In this document: in pieces, positions 26,395 to 40,384 of the stretch
Layout: each line of letters begins with the position of its first letter
Numbering within the stretch: position 1 is the first letter of the stretch
Source of the DNA: Octopus vulgaris
Taxonomy: Eukaryota
Reading direction: 5' to 3'
NCBI GenBank assembly: GCA_951406725.2
Contig: OX597836.1
Span: 6,386,001 to 6,450,000 of the forward strand
Length of the DNA: 64,000 bases
Position numbers and translations under genes: made by a program
Notes under the pieces: model-generated
Seen by the model: the letters and a program-made list of their open reading frames with translations, nothing else
Told to the model about the DNA's origin: nothing
The model's database searches: none

Positions 26395-26725
26395 TATCGA
26401 GCTGGCAGAATCGTGAACACGCCGGTCAAAATGCTTAACGGCATTTCGTCCGTCCCCACGTTCTGAGTTCAAATTCCACCGATGTCAACTTTGCCTTTCA
26501 TCGACTAGAATTCCCCAGAATTCTAGGCCTTGTGCCCATAGTAGAAAGGATTGTTATTGCTCTTGCTCGTGTTGTTGTATTGTTTATTTAACCCTAGGTC
26601 GGTTTTAACCGGGCAGATCCGTGATCAAAGGCATTTCAGCTTTGATAATAAGATTATTTTTTATATATTGAACTGGCAGAGTCGTGAGTATGCCGGATAA
26701 AATGCTTATCGTCATTTTGTCCATC

Positions 26726-27120
26726 TGGCGAGCCGGCAGAGACGTTAGCACGCCTGGCGAAATGCGTAGTGGTATTTCGTCTGCCGCTACGTTCTGAGTT
26801 CAAATTCCGCCGAAGTCGACTTTGCCTTTCATCCTTTCGGGGTCGATTAAATAAGTACCAGTTACGCACTGGGGTCGACATAATCGACTTAATCTGTTTG
26901 TCTGTTCTTGCTTGTCCCCTCTGTGTTTAGCCCCTTGTGGGTAGTAAAGAAATAGGTATTTCGTCTGCCGTTACGTTCTGAGTTCAAATTCCACCGAGAT
27001 CGATTTTGCCTTCCATTCTTTCGAAGTCGATAAATTAAGTACCAGTTATACACTGGGGTCGATATAATCGACTTCTCCCCTCTCCCTGAAATTTCAGGCC
27101 TTGTGCCTATAATGGAAATT
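26726..27120 (+). mobile_element. SINE family E dimer (head-body-tail a-body-tail b)
   Basis: Junction GTAAAGAAATAG|GTATTTCGTCTG at ~26955. Confidence 0.9.
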
Positions 27121-27422
27121 ACTGTTTGTTTTTTTATAAGATATAAATGCGTTTTCTCATTGTGATTTGAGGGAAACCAAGCTGCTATGATTTTTCGTAC
27201 GTCTGGCAAACTTGAAGACGCACCCACCCTCGGCAGAAGATGGATTTAAACTGTTATCTGTCAGATGTATCGACAGCATTGACGTGTCAAATTCCAAGAA
27301 GTGAAAATTCACATCCTGCTCGTGGCTCTAACCGATAATAATGGCTAATCAGACATCACCAATGTTTTATCAGAAATATTGCAATTTTCTGCTTTCGTGT
27401 GTCTGAACACAGAAATTATATA

Positions 27423-27669
27423 TAGGGTGTTCAAAAAGTCTCTTCGCAGTAAGTGCTTAATGGTTTTCGGGTGATTCTTGTACACTGATCCTTTACTTGC
27501 TCCCCAGACAATAAAAAAATCAAAAAAAATCTGGTGGTGTTAAATCAGGTGATCTTGGTGGCCAAAGTCCCTTCGAAATAATCCGTTCACCGTAAAACTC
27601 TTGAAGTAGCGCCATATTGATGCGCAAGATGAAAAAAAATCACTGCGGAGAGGCCTTTTGAACACCCTG
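27423..27669 (-). mobile_element. Non-autonomous Tc1/mariner-superfamily element (internally deleted)
   Basis: ~28-bp TIRs (T/C)AGGGTGTTCAAAA...CGCAGT, TA flanks; internal remnant GLWPPRSPDLTPPDFF. Confidence 0.85.
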
Positions 27670-28473
27670 TATTATACGAATATTAAGTTTTGTTGTTTTG
27701 AATTAATTGAATGATCTAAGGGAGACTCAATGACACCTATGTCATCGACCTGTTAGAAATAACAGTTAAAGTTCCGATATCACTCCCTACTGTCTTACGA
27801 ATAAGGAATGGCACATTAGATGATATAGTCTCATATACTGAGGCATCATCAGCCAGCTGCCCTCCTTGTGTGCAGTCAGCTTCCTGAGACTCTTCACTTC
27901 CCTCTCTGTTGCGCTGCAGGCATACAATCAGCAATGCTACTGTTTCCAGTCCATTCTTTGCTGTCTTTAGTCAACCAACGTTTTTAATGGCCCCTTTCTC
28001 TCTTTCCCCCTGCACTTCATCCTCTGTGTGTCATACAAAAAGGCGACCAAAAGATGCCAAGGCCGGATTTGATCGCAATAAACAAATCGTATCTACAGAT
28101 TGTTCAGCAAAAAGCTGCAGGAAAATCTTTCTCGGATTACGATAATCTACCCTCATATCATTTAAGTGTTTGACTAGAGCTGAACTACTGTTTCTTTCAT
28201 AACATCTGTTCTAAAATATCACAGTCGTTTCAATCGCACCCTGAAATACAGTTTAACGAACAAATAATGCTCTCCATACATTAAAAGAACCTATTACTCC
28301 CTTAAATGTAAATTATAAGGTTTATAATAATTTCCCCACTTTATTATTTAGATTTACAATTTTGTAGTAGTTTAAAATCAACAATAATGATTAAGAACTT
28401 GGGTCAAATTTAGGTGCAGCACGAGTTAAGTGCCCCTTACTTCCATCCGATTCTCTTCCTTCATAACTTTCTT

Positions 28474-28777
28474 CCTTCCTTCTCGAGCCTTGCCTGGTTC
28501 ATAAGGACCGGTTTCCCGGTTTCTTTGGCGTAAAGTTTCCCCACCTGGATGGGACGCCGGTCCGTCGCAGGTGAGCTACAAGATGCAGGAAGAAAGACTG
28601 AGAGTGAGAGAAAGTTGTAGCGAAAGAGTCAGCAGAAGTTCGCCATTACCTTCTGCCGGAGCCGCTTGGAGCTTAGGTGTTTCGCTCATAAACACACACA
28701 TCGCCCGGTCTGAGATTCGAACCCGCGATCCCTCGACCGCGAGCCCGGTGCTCTAACCACTGGGCCATGTGCCTCCA
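28474..28777 (-). mobile_element. tRNA-derived SINE, head H1 + tail T2
   Basis: Head matches 5165-5353 and tail matches 17845-17930; 14-bp TSD TTCATAACTTTCTT at 28460-28473 and 28778-28791. Confidence 0.9.
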
Positions 28778-29063
28778 TTCATAACTTTCTTAAGAAAGCA
28801 CTGCTATGTTTTAGAGGTTATAAATTACTATGACACTCTGTTACTAATTTCAGCCTGAGGGCCACGTTGGGGTACCACCAGCTATTGTTGAATTTGCACG
28901 TTTTATTAAAAAATTTTTTTTTGTCTTTCTTTTAGGAGAAAACAGGAGTCTAAGTTGTATTCATTAATTTGCTAATGTTCGTTACAGAAAATACCTGGGA
29001 TTATAATTAGACTATTATGATAATGAGAGAGTGTGTGTGGAAGTCTGTGGGAATTCGTTTTAC

Positions 29064-29116
29064 CTTTTATGAAAGCTGTGGTGGTGAAGAGGAGAACCAA
29101 CGCTGTCTGGAAGAAC
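29064..29116 (-). other. Candidate internal exon
   Basis: Acceptor GTTTCTATTTTCAG|G, donor AAG|GTAAAA (alternative CAG|GTATTT at 28995); one open frame reads FFQTALVLLFTTTAFIK. Confidence 0.25.
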
Positions 29117-29149
29117 CTGAAAATAGAAACGAATATATAACAAATATAT

Positions 29150-29438
29150 TACTCTTTTACTTGTTTCAGCCATCCGGCTGAGGCCATGCTGGGGCCTATA
29201 TATATATATATATATCAATATTCTTTTTTCCTTTTATTCTTGTATTTGTTTCAGTCATTTGACTGCGGCCATGCTGGAGCACCACCTTTAGTCTAGCAAA
29301 TCGACTCCAGAACTTATTCTTTGTAAACCTAGTACTTATTCTATTGGTTCCTTTTGACGAACCGCTAAGTTACAGGGATGTAAACACTCCACCATCGGTT
29401 GTCAAGCGATGTTCGGGGGACTAAAACAGACACAACAG

Positions 29439-29503
<65 letters not shown>

Positions 29504-29682
29504 CACACACACACATATATACTATGAGCTTCTTTCAATTTTCGTCCACCAAATCCACGCACAAGGCTTTGGTCGGCCCGAGGCTATAGTAGAAGACACT
29601 TGTCCAAGGTGCCACGCAGTGAGACTGAACCCGTAGCCATGCGGTTAGGAAACAAGCCTCTTAACACAAAGCCAATCCTGCA
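29150..29682 (-). mobile_element. SINE family A with an extra tail fragment
   Basis: Full body matching 25976-26394. Confidence 0.9.
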
Positions 29683-29726
29683 TTTATGAGTGCGTGCGTG
29701 CGCGAGCGCGCGTGTTTATGTGTGTA

Positions 29727-29764
<38 letters not shown>

Positions 29765-29793
29765 CATACATAATACACAGAGACACATTTACA

Positions 29794-29867
<74 letters not shown>

Positions 29868-30348
29868 GCATATGTATACACACACACACACATATATAAA
29901 CATATATCTTGTAAATACATGTATAAAGAGATGGGGTGAAAGAGGTAAGGGTTGGTAGGATACTGCATATATGTAAGCACCAAATCCAATTTAAACTGTA
30001 TCTCCGACTCAGCGTATGTATAAAAATCAACATGTGTGTGTGTGTGTATACTGAGAAAGAGAGAGAGAGTGAGTGAGTTAGTGAAATATAGGTATATCAA
30101 ATACTATACAACATAAATTTTCTCGAATATTGATATATCTCCGCCTGTAGAGACTGTGTCATAATCATCGAACGGGAGATAATCTCACAAATCAAGTTTT
30201 CTTCCAAGGGAGCCTGACATTATTGAAAAGGATTAGTGTATTGTCTAGAGATGACAGGGCAGCCGTGGACACCTGTTCCTGCCTCAATAGTAGTCGTCAG
30301 CACGACAGTTGTCCAACTTCATCTCCCGTAGCCAAGTGCGTGCCTTAG

Positions 30349-30360
30349 CTTTATATAAAG
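30349..30360. promoter_or_regulatory. Candidate TATA box (palindromic CTTTATATAAAG) in non-repetitive sequence
   Basis: TATATAAAG at 30352-30360; AG|GTAAGA donor ~400 bp downstream at 30760. Confidence 0.25.
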
Positions 30361-31246
30361 AAAATAGGTGTGGAACACACTCTCTGTCTGTTTATCTGTC
30401 AGTCTGTCTTTCTTCCTCTTCTCTCTCTCTCTCTCTCTGTTTCACACACACAAACACACTCACGTATACGCACACACACACATTCGCGCACACACTCGCG
30501 CACACACAACGCAAGCACGCACATGTATATGATACCATTCTTCCATCCCACAATGTAGTCTCGGGAATATAATGTGATCTGATGGTCGCGGCTAGAACGC
30601 CTCTGATCAAGAAGTATCTTTGGATCACTGCAGACCTGTGGCTAAAGAACAACAACAACAACAACAACAATGTTATCATCATCATCATCATCATCACCAA
30701 AAACAACAACTAACAGACACACAGACATCTCCAAATGCAAGCTTTTTTCTGTGAAGTAGGTAAGAACATTTACCGTAACATTAGCTGGTTGGTAAATTCA
30801 CCGTAAAAGAAAAAAGCTTCGATAAATCCTTGCACCTAATTGCAACGAATCATGGGTAGATTCCAGGCATTCTGGTTAACCTTTCTTTCTTTCTTCGTGA
30901 TATTGTTATTTATTTATTTGTGTGTTTGTTTGTGTGTTTGTTTGTTTGTTTATTGGCTTACTTTCTTTTTCCTTTTCTTTTTCTTTCTTTCTTTCTTTCT
31001 TCGTTTTGCATTGCTGACATTTATTTTGTAAATGTAAAGCTGTCCGATTTTTACCGAAAGGAAAAATAGCGCGAATCTACATCAACATCGTCATCACCAT
31101 CATCATCATTACCAACATCATCAGCATCATCATCGTCATCATCATCATCATCATCATCATCGTCATCATCATCATTACCATCATCATCGACATCAACATC
31201 GTTGTCATCATCATCATCATCATCATCATAGACATCATCAACATCG

Positions 31247-31303
<57 letters not shown>

Positions 31304-31620
31304 CACCACTATCAGCAGCAGCAGCGGCAGCACAACTACCACCACCATATCATCATCATGACGATGGTCATCCTCACACCACCACCACAACTATCGTCAT
31401 CATCATCATCATCATCATCACCACCACCACAACTATCATCATCATGATGCTATTTTATTCATAGCAATTTCAACGCATTAACTACAATGCTTGAAAAAGA
31501 ATCGCTAGCATCACAATCTCCACCACCACCACCATCACTACCAGCATCACCACCACCACCACCACTACCACCACCACCACTACCAGCACCACCACTACTA
31601 CCAACCCTACCATATCATCA

Positions 31621-31655
<35 letters not shown>

Positions 31656-31684
31656 ATCATCATCATCATCATTATCATCACGAC

Positions 31685-31785
31685 AAGAAGAAGAAGAAGA
31701 AGAAGAAGAAGAAGAAGAAGAAGAAGAAGAAGAAGAAGAAGAAGAAGAAGAAGAAGAAGAAGAAGAAGAAGAAGAAGAAGAAGAA
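31685..31785. repeat. (AAG)n microsatellite
   Basis: Pure AAG run. Confidence 0.95.
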
Positions 31786-31945
31786 AGGTGGAGTAATTTT
31801 GGGAACTAGACTATTTTTGTTGGAAGTGGAAGCACTTGCGACCTTTAATGAAACAACTGTAGCAACAACAACAAAAACAACAAGAATAACAACAGTGACA
31901 ACATAATAAAACAAAATAAAATGACAACAAAAACAATGACGATAA

Positions 31946-32249
31946 TGGTTTCAAACTTTGGCACAAGGCCAGCAATTTCGGCAGAGGGAGTACGATGATT
32001 GCATCGACCGCAAGTGTTCAGCTGGTACCTATTTAATCGACCCCGAAAGGATGAAAGGTAAAGTTGACCTCGGCGTAATTTGAACTCAGAACGCCATTAA
32101 TTCGCTCGTCGTTGTCGACGATGAGCAAAGACGTTACATGGGCGAAGACGGATCACGGTGTGCTCGGCTGTGGCACAACATAAATACGGACTAAATGCCG
32201 TTAAGCACTTAGTCCGGCGTGCTAACGATTCTGCCAGTTCTCTACCTTT
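31946..32249 (-). mobile_element. SINE family E with an ~85-bp CpG-rich insertion (32094-32180)
   Basis: The family E sequence is split between CTCAGAACG and TAAATACGGAC. Confidence 0.8.
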
Positions 32250-32251
32250 AC

Positions 32252-32295
<44 letters not shown>

Positions 32296-32504
32296 TAATA
32301 ATAATAATGATAATAAAAATGATAATAATAATGATAATGATGATGATGATTTATTAACCCTTTTGCTATAAGCATAAAGCCTGACATTTTAGGTAAGGGG
32401 ACAAGTCGAGAGAGTATATCGAACCCAAGTGCTCAACTGGTACTTATTTCATCGTACTTATTTAACTAGAATGCTTGGAAAAGAATCGCTACCATCACAA
32501 TCTC

Positions 32505-32665
32505 TTATTTTCTCTCCTTGTTTTTTTTTCTGTGTCCCTTTCTGCAGAAGAGCATAGGCTCGAAACATGAAAGACTTATTCTATTCCTGAGCGTTATACT
32601 AATACATCTGTTTGTTTTGTACACCACCTGTCTTCGTCTTTTGTTTTTTTCGTAAACTCTCCCTA
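32505..32665 (+). mobile_element. Short microsatellite-associated element (family J) with a hammerhead-like motif at 32538-32573
   Basis: Homologous to 43535-43690 (minus); CTTT-CTGCAGA-A-GAGC(ATAG)GCTC-GAAA-CATG-AAAG. Confidence 0.7.
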
Positions 32666-32707
32666 TATACATACATACATACATACATACATACATACAT
32701 ACATACA

Positions 32708-32767
<60 letters not shown>

Positions 32768-32821
32768 CATACATACATACATACATACATACATACATAC
32801 ATACATACATACATACATACA

Positions 32822-32857
<36 letters not shown>

Positions 32858-32880
32858 CATATATACATACATACATATAT

Positions 32881-32928
<48 letters not shown>

Positions 32929-32930
<2 letters not shown>

Positions 32931-33085
32931 GACGGGCTTCTTTCAGTTTCCGTCTACCAAATCCACTCATAAGGCTTTGGTCGGCCCGAGGCTATAGTAG
33001 AAGACACTTGCGCAAGGTGCCACGCAGTGGTACTGAACCCGGAACCATGTAGTTGGGAAACAAGCGTCTTACCACAGAGCCACGC
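32929..33085 (-). mobile_element. SINE family A 5' half
   Basis: CGACGGGCTTCTTTCAGTTTCCGTCTACC...ACCACAGAGCCAC. Confidence 0.9.
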
Positions 33086-33193
33086 AGCGTCCGTGCAACT
33101 ATTTGAATGAAAATACATATATAAAACAAAACATACAAATCTGCTTATATCTACATATATACAAAATTAACCTGTTGTTGATGTATATATGTC

Positions 33194-33300
33194 TGTCATT
33201 GTTCAGTTTTAATTCAAGATTTCTTGAGAAAGAACAGGTTTCTTTCTAACCTAGATCCAAAGCTCCTTCATTGGAATTTCAACATCAACAACAGAGTATT
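33194..33300 (-). repeat. Short (TACA)n-associated interspersed repeat (family F)
   Basis: Homologous to 40293-40384 plus 40633-40641, and to 40763-40850. Confidence 0.75.
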
Positions 33301-33697
33301 TTTGTTTGTATGTATATATGTGTACATATACAAATTTGGATTTGCTTTATACACCATTTTCATTCACATGTCTAGACATGTTCATCCAAAGATTTTTACG
33401 GTGGCTTGAATCTGTAGTCTTCGACAGTGGTTTTCAGAAGCCGAATTTTTCAAGCACAGTTGTGCAGTGTATGTATTGTACAAACATTGGTACATTGTAT
33501 ATATGTATGTATCTATGTACGTACGTATGTACGTATGAATGTATGTACGTGTGTATGCATGTACGTATGCACGTATATATATATATATATATATATACGT
33601 GCATACGTACATGCATACACACGTACATATTTGTATATATGTATATATATATTATATATATATATATATAGATAGATATAATACATATATATATATA

Positions 33698-33763
<66 letters not shown>

Positions 33764-33805
33764 GATAGATATAATACATATATATATATACATATATATA
33801 TATAC

Positions 33806-33872
<67 letters not shown>

Positions 33873-34346
33873 CATACATATGCATATATACATATACACA
33901 TACACACACACACACACACACAAGGTTATCAATATCTCAGCGAACATTCGAGGCGCTGGGGCGCTGGGGGGGTGTCAGGAATAAGGGCTTACTGCTGGGT
34001 TGTGACGTATGACGCGAGCGGGAAGGGCTGGTTTAACACCACCACCGCCACCACCACCTTTACCACTACGCCGTTTTATCTATCCAGGCACCGCCAATCT
34101 CATCATCCTTGCCACCAACATGGCCAACAACCCCCGTCTTTCTCCACAAACCCCTATAGTTTTACAGGATATAAAGTAGAGTTTTATGTCTGTTAAAATG
34201 TACTGTAAAACAAGATATGGCTGTTGGAGCGTCACTCGCTGTCCGACCAAGGGAGCCTCTAAGTGGTTAGTATATGTGCTAGAAAGAACAGCTAGCAAAA
34301 ATATCTATCATACGACACTCTACTGTCTTCTAAGACAATTACAGAA

Positions 34347-34513
34347 CATTATTTACATTTGACGGATATTTGTCATCATCTTGTTTGTTGTTAACACAAC
34401 GGCTGATATACTCACCAGCCGAAACGTTGTGATAACAGCAAACAAGAAGAGGACAAATATCCGTCAAATGTAAATAGTGTACATAATTCCTGATCTCTTA
34501 AATACAGAACTGT
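34347..34513 (+). mobile_element. Fold-back element (family K) centred on a hammerhead stem II, 12-bp TSD
   Basis: Arms 34346-34405 and 34416-34480; TSD ACAAT(T/A)ACAGAA at 34335-34346 and 34514-34525. Confidence 0.8.
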
Positions 34514-36123
34514 ACAATAACAGAAGTTTAGACTGGATAATGTAGGGCTAGATAACCTGAGATGGATGTAAGGAGGACTGTGTTTTCAGCATGTGTTGTC
34601 TATCACAGTCCATTGTGAGTATTTGCGCTGTGAGACGTTGTCGAAGACGATAAATCGCTTGGTCGGATAGTAATCTCTTGTCATATTTATTCCGTCCGAA
34701 TTGTATAGACATTCCTTCATCACTCCTGCCGTCGTTAATACAGAGAATCAATGATGTGTAATCATTAGAAACATATAAAAACCAACGAACGACGCTGTTT
34801 CATTTTTGATCCGGCGGATAGCTTTGACTTGGTTCAGTTATTGGATTGCGGCCCTGCTGGGGCACCATCTTGAAGAGTATAATACTTATTCATCGAGCTC
34901 CTTTTTTTTCTTTTTTTGCTGAGCCGCTAATGTTGCGGGGGATGTAAACAAGCATCACCGGTTGTAAAGCGATGGCGGGGTGAGATGGGGGTGGGATGGC
35001 AAACACAAGCACACAAACATACATGCATATATATCTTTATATGCATTCACACCACCACCACCACCACCACCTCCTCCACCACTACCACCACCACCACCAC
35101 CACCACCACCACCACCACTACTACTAATGCCACGATCACCACTATCGCCGCTATATTCACTGCCACCATCACTGCCATCACAACCATTCCCAAAACCATT
35201 CCCAACACCAACACCACCACCACCACCACCACCACCACGACAACCACCACCATCACCGTCACCATCACCGCCACCACTCCCAACACCGCCACCACCACCA
35301 CCATTACCACCAGCACCTCTACCATAACCACCACCCTCTCTACTGTAGCCTCCACCATCGCAACGACCACCACCGCCGTCACCACATACCATAACATCCT
35401 CATGACACACCACCACACAAAAGCCCCCGACACCACACACCACCACCACTGCCGTCACCGCCGCCGGCGCCGGCGCCACCAGTGCCACCGCTGTCTCGTA
35501 TCGGGGCCTTTTTACGTCTCTCTTACGTCAATAGACTCTGCCTGGAGCGGTGGAGATATGATGGAATCATTGCGCTGCTTGTTTCATCTGAACTCTCTTG
35601 GAATTGGTCACTGGGCGTCTTGTGTGAATGGGTGGGTGGGTGGGTGTGCTTGTGTGTATAAGGGTGGATGTGTGGGTGGGGGGGTGTCGGTGAGGTGTGA
35701 GTGCGTATTTGTGTGTATAAGGGTGTGTGTATGTATATGAGGGTGTATGTGCGTGTATGTGTGTGTGTGTATATGGGTGTGTGTATATGGGTGTGTGTGT
35801 GTGTGTGTGAGCACGTGTTTGTGTGTGTATAAGGGTGCGTGTGTGTATGTTTATGGGTGTGCGTGTGTGAGTGTGTAAGCGCGTGTTTGTGTGTGTAAAT
35901 GTGTGTGTGTGTATTTGTGTGTATAAGGATGTGTATATGTGTGTGTATATGGGTGTGTTTATGTATATGGGAGTGTGCGTGTGTTTAAGTGTGTATAAGT
36001 GTGTGTGTGCGTGTTTTTGGAGGTGCTACGATGTCGGAGATTCTATGTAGGTGTCTTTGCAAACATTCATGTATTTATACGTAAATGTACAATCAGCAAG
36101 GCGTAAACACACACACATACACG

Positions 36124-36163
<40 letters not shown>

Positions 36164-36281
36164 CGCATACACACACATACACACATACAAACACACTCAA
36201 ACACCACATTGTCATACACGATCGTATACACATGCATACGCACCTTTCACAAACGCACACACACACAGACGGACATAAACC

Positions 36282-36323
<42 letters not shown>

Positions 36324-36617
36324 ACACGTTCACATCCACGCGTGCGCACACAACGACGTGCGGAAGTAGGACTGTCAAGGAATAACAAGGAAACAAACGG
36401 AGCGAAATAGATTCTTAAAATAAATGTAAAAAAAAAACGAAATTATAAATAAAATAACAAGAATTCTTCAAAAACTGGAGGGAAAAAAAAATAATAAAGT
36501 ATAAACATAAAAAAAAATAAAGCAAGAATAAAAGGACAAAGCAAAAAAAAAAAAAAGCGGCCATCCATCCGCAACTTTGTCGGAATATACAAGAATTTAA
36601 TAAATGAACAACGGTGG

Positions 36618-37335
<718 letters not shown>

Positions 37336-37441
37336 CAATAATAGCAACCCAAATTCACCGAAATAACCCGGCTTCTTACGGGGAAAAGTAGTGAGATTAG
37401 AAGGAGGACGGCTGAATGGATTAATTTGTGATAAGAACAAA

Positions 37442-37482
<41 letters not shown>

Positions 37483-37729
37483 ACATGTGTATGATACACA
37501 CATACATGCGTATACATAATTGTGTGTATGTGTGCATACACGCATACATGCACGCATTCACACACATACACACACATACCTTTTATGTATATGTATATGT
37601 ACATTTAGTCTTAGTGGTTGACGAAGGCGGGAAAGACAAAATTTCGAAGTTACTATCAACGTTTTACTTTGTAGAAGTTTAGTAAGCGTGTACAGTACTA
37701 GAAAAGACGCATTGAGATTATTGGATATT

Positions 37730-37776
<47 letters not shown>

Positions 37777-37806
37777 GTATGTATATATGTATATATATGT
37801 ATATAT

Positions 37807-37910
<104 letters not shown>

Positions 37911-37920
37911 CATATATATT

Positions 37921-38021
<101 letters not shown>

Positions 38022-38039
38022 GTATATATACGCACACAC

Positions 38040-38362
38040 TTGTCTTGAAAGGTTTTTGTCGAACGAGTTGACCCCAATACTTTTTTAAAGCCAGGTAAAT
38101 TATTCTATCGATCTTGTTTGTCAAATCGCTAAGTTACGGGAACCGAAACACACCAAAACCGATTGTGAAGCGGTGATGGGGAAGACAAGCACAAACACAA
38201 AGACACACACACACACAGATATACACAACAGGTTTTTTTCTGTTTCCGTCTACCAAATCCACTCACAAGGCTTTGGCTTATCGTAGAAGACAGTTGCTCA
38301 AGGTTCCACGCAGTGGAACTGAACGCAGAACCATGTGGTTGGCAAGCAAACTTTTACCACAC
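38040..38362 (-). mobile_element. SINE family A (degraded)
   Basis: GCTAAGTTACGGG...CCACTCACAAGGCTTTGG...ACCATGTGGTTGG. Confidence 0.8.
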
Positions 38363-38371
38363 AATATATAC

Positions 38372-38464
<93 letters not shown>

Positions 38465-38499
38465 CCATTAAAAAAAAATCAGATTAAATAAGAAAGGTA

Positions 38500-39025
38500 G
38501 AAATTGATATTAATCAATTAAAACCAGTGGCTTCATTTTAAATAAAAAATGTTCTCTAACAGGTTATTTGGCTGCTCTAATGTATTAACTGCAGCGTAAT
38601 TTCCGATCTCAGCTCGCCAAAGTGAAGGCATTTGGAAGATACACCTAAATATAACATATAGAACTTTATACATGCTGGATTTCGGTTGAGCGTTCTGTAT
38701 CTAGTTGACTATGCTGATGATCTTGCAGATATTTGCGTGTTCATATACGTAAATATTAACAAGTGAAACTAATTAGTACATAGGTAATCGTTTTTTATTT
38801 GGTATATTCTAATTTGTCTTGCTTATTTTTACATTTTGGTTTTTTGTTGAGCTTTTTCTTGAGAACACATTCTTCGCGGTAATGAAGATTTGACGTCTAT
38901 GTTTAGCATATAGAATGTCCACTATAGTGGTCAGTCCTCTAAATTTTGCATGAAACACAATTCTTAATCTTCGTATTTTTTTAAATATGCTAAGCCACTG
39001 GTTTTAATTGATTAATATCAATTTC
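38500..39025 (+). mobile_element. 526-bp non-coding element with 34-bp terminal inverted repeats and a central hammerhead, between (TA)n tracts
   Basis: GAAATTGATATTAATCAATTAAAACCAGTGGCTT (38500-38533) is the exact reverse complement of 38992-39025; the right part recurs at 55700-55835. Confidence 0.8.
38709..38783 (+). ncRNA. Type I hammerhead ribozyme (canonical core)
   Basis: CTATG-CTGATGA-T-CTTG[long hairpin]CAAG-T-GAAA-CTAATTAG-TA-CATAG; predicted cleavage after A38778. Confidence 0.8.
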
Positions 39026-39096
39026 AATTATTATTTAATTTATATATATATACATATATATAAATGCACGTATACATACATAGATAGGTAGATAGG

Positions 39097-39152
<56 letters not shown>

Positions 39153-39155
39153 GTG

Positions 39156-39247
<92 letters not shown>

Positions 39248-39356
39248 CGATAGATAGATAGACAGATAGATCGATAGATACATACATACATATACATACA
39301 TACGCACATACACACATGCATACATGCATACATGCATACACACATGATTGGATAAC

Positions 39357-39686
39357 AGGAGCACTCCGTCGGTTACGACGACGAGGGTCCCAGCTGATAC
39401 GATCAACGGAGCAGCTTGCTCGTGAAATTAGCGTGCATGTGGCTGAGCACTCCACAGACACCTGTACCCTTAACGCAGTTCTCAGGGAGATTCGGCCTGA
39501 CACAGAGTGTGACAAGGCTGGCCCTTTGAAATACAGGTACTACTCATGTTTGCCAGCTGAGTGGACTGGATCAACGGGAGATAAATAAAGTGTCTTGCTC
39601 AAGGACCCAACACGCTGCTGTGTATCGAACTGACGACCTTACGATCGTGAACCGAATGCCCTAACCACTAAGCCACGCGCCTTCAC
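39357..39686 (-). mobile_element. tRNA-derived SINE, head H2 + tail T1
   Basis: Matches 14774-15103. Confidence 0.9.
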
Positions 39687-39875
39687 ATACACACATACAT
39701 ACATACATATAGTTACATTCACATGTGCTTGCATGTGCGTCTGTGGGTTTGTGTGACTGGCACGTCTTCAGGAATGCATGAGGTGTGTATGTGAAATGAT
39801 AGTTGGCTGGCAGCTGTGTTGTGAGAGTATGGTTATGTGTGATTAGGTGTAAGGATTCATACACACACACACACA

Positions 39876-39924
<49 letters not shown>

Positions 39925-40204
39925 ACACACACGCGTGAATATATAATGGCTTTGGTAAAGGGATATGGGCGGAATAGAATAAGGACAACACAAGGACACA
40001 TACACACACAGCATATATATATGTGTGTGTGTGTGCGTGTGTGTGTATATAGAGAAAGAGCGAGAGAGAGAGAGATACATACATACATGCACACCACATA
40101 TACATACATTTATATGTACATACACGCATCCATCCGCTCAACCATTCATCCATCTATCCACACATACATATATACATTCGTAGATACATACATACATACA
40201 TACA

Positions 40205-40236
<32 letters not shown>

Positions 40237-40384
40237 CATACATACATACATACATACATACATACATACATACATACATACATACATACATACTCTGTTG
40301 ATGTTGAAATTCCAATGAAGGAGCCTTGAACCTAGGTTAGAATCTGGTTCTTTCTCTATTGGCAAGAAATCTTGAAATAATACT

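Noticed and set aside
33404-33455. GCTTGAA/TTCAAGC stem enclosing CTTC/GAAG and GAAT
   Set aside because: The core nucleotides are too degenerate to call a ribozyme.
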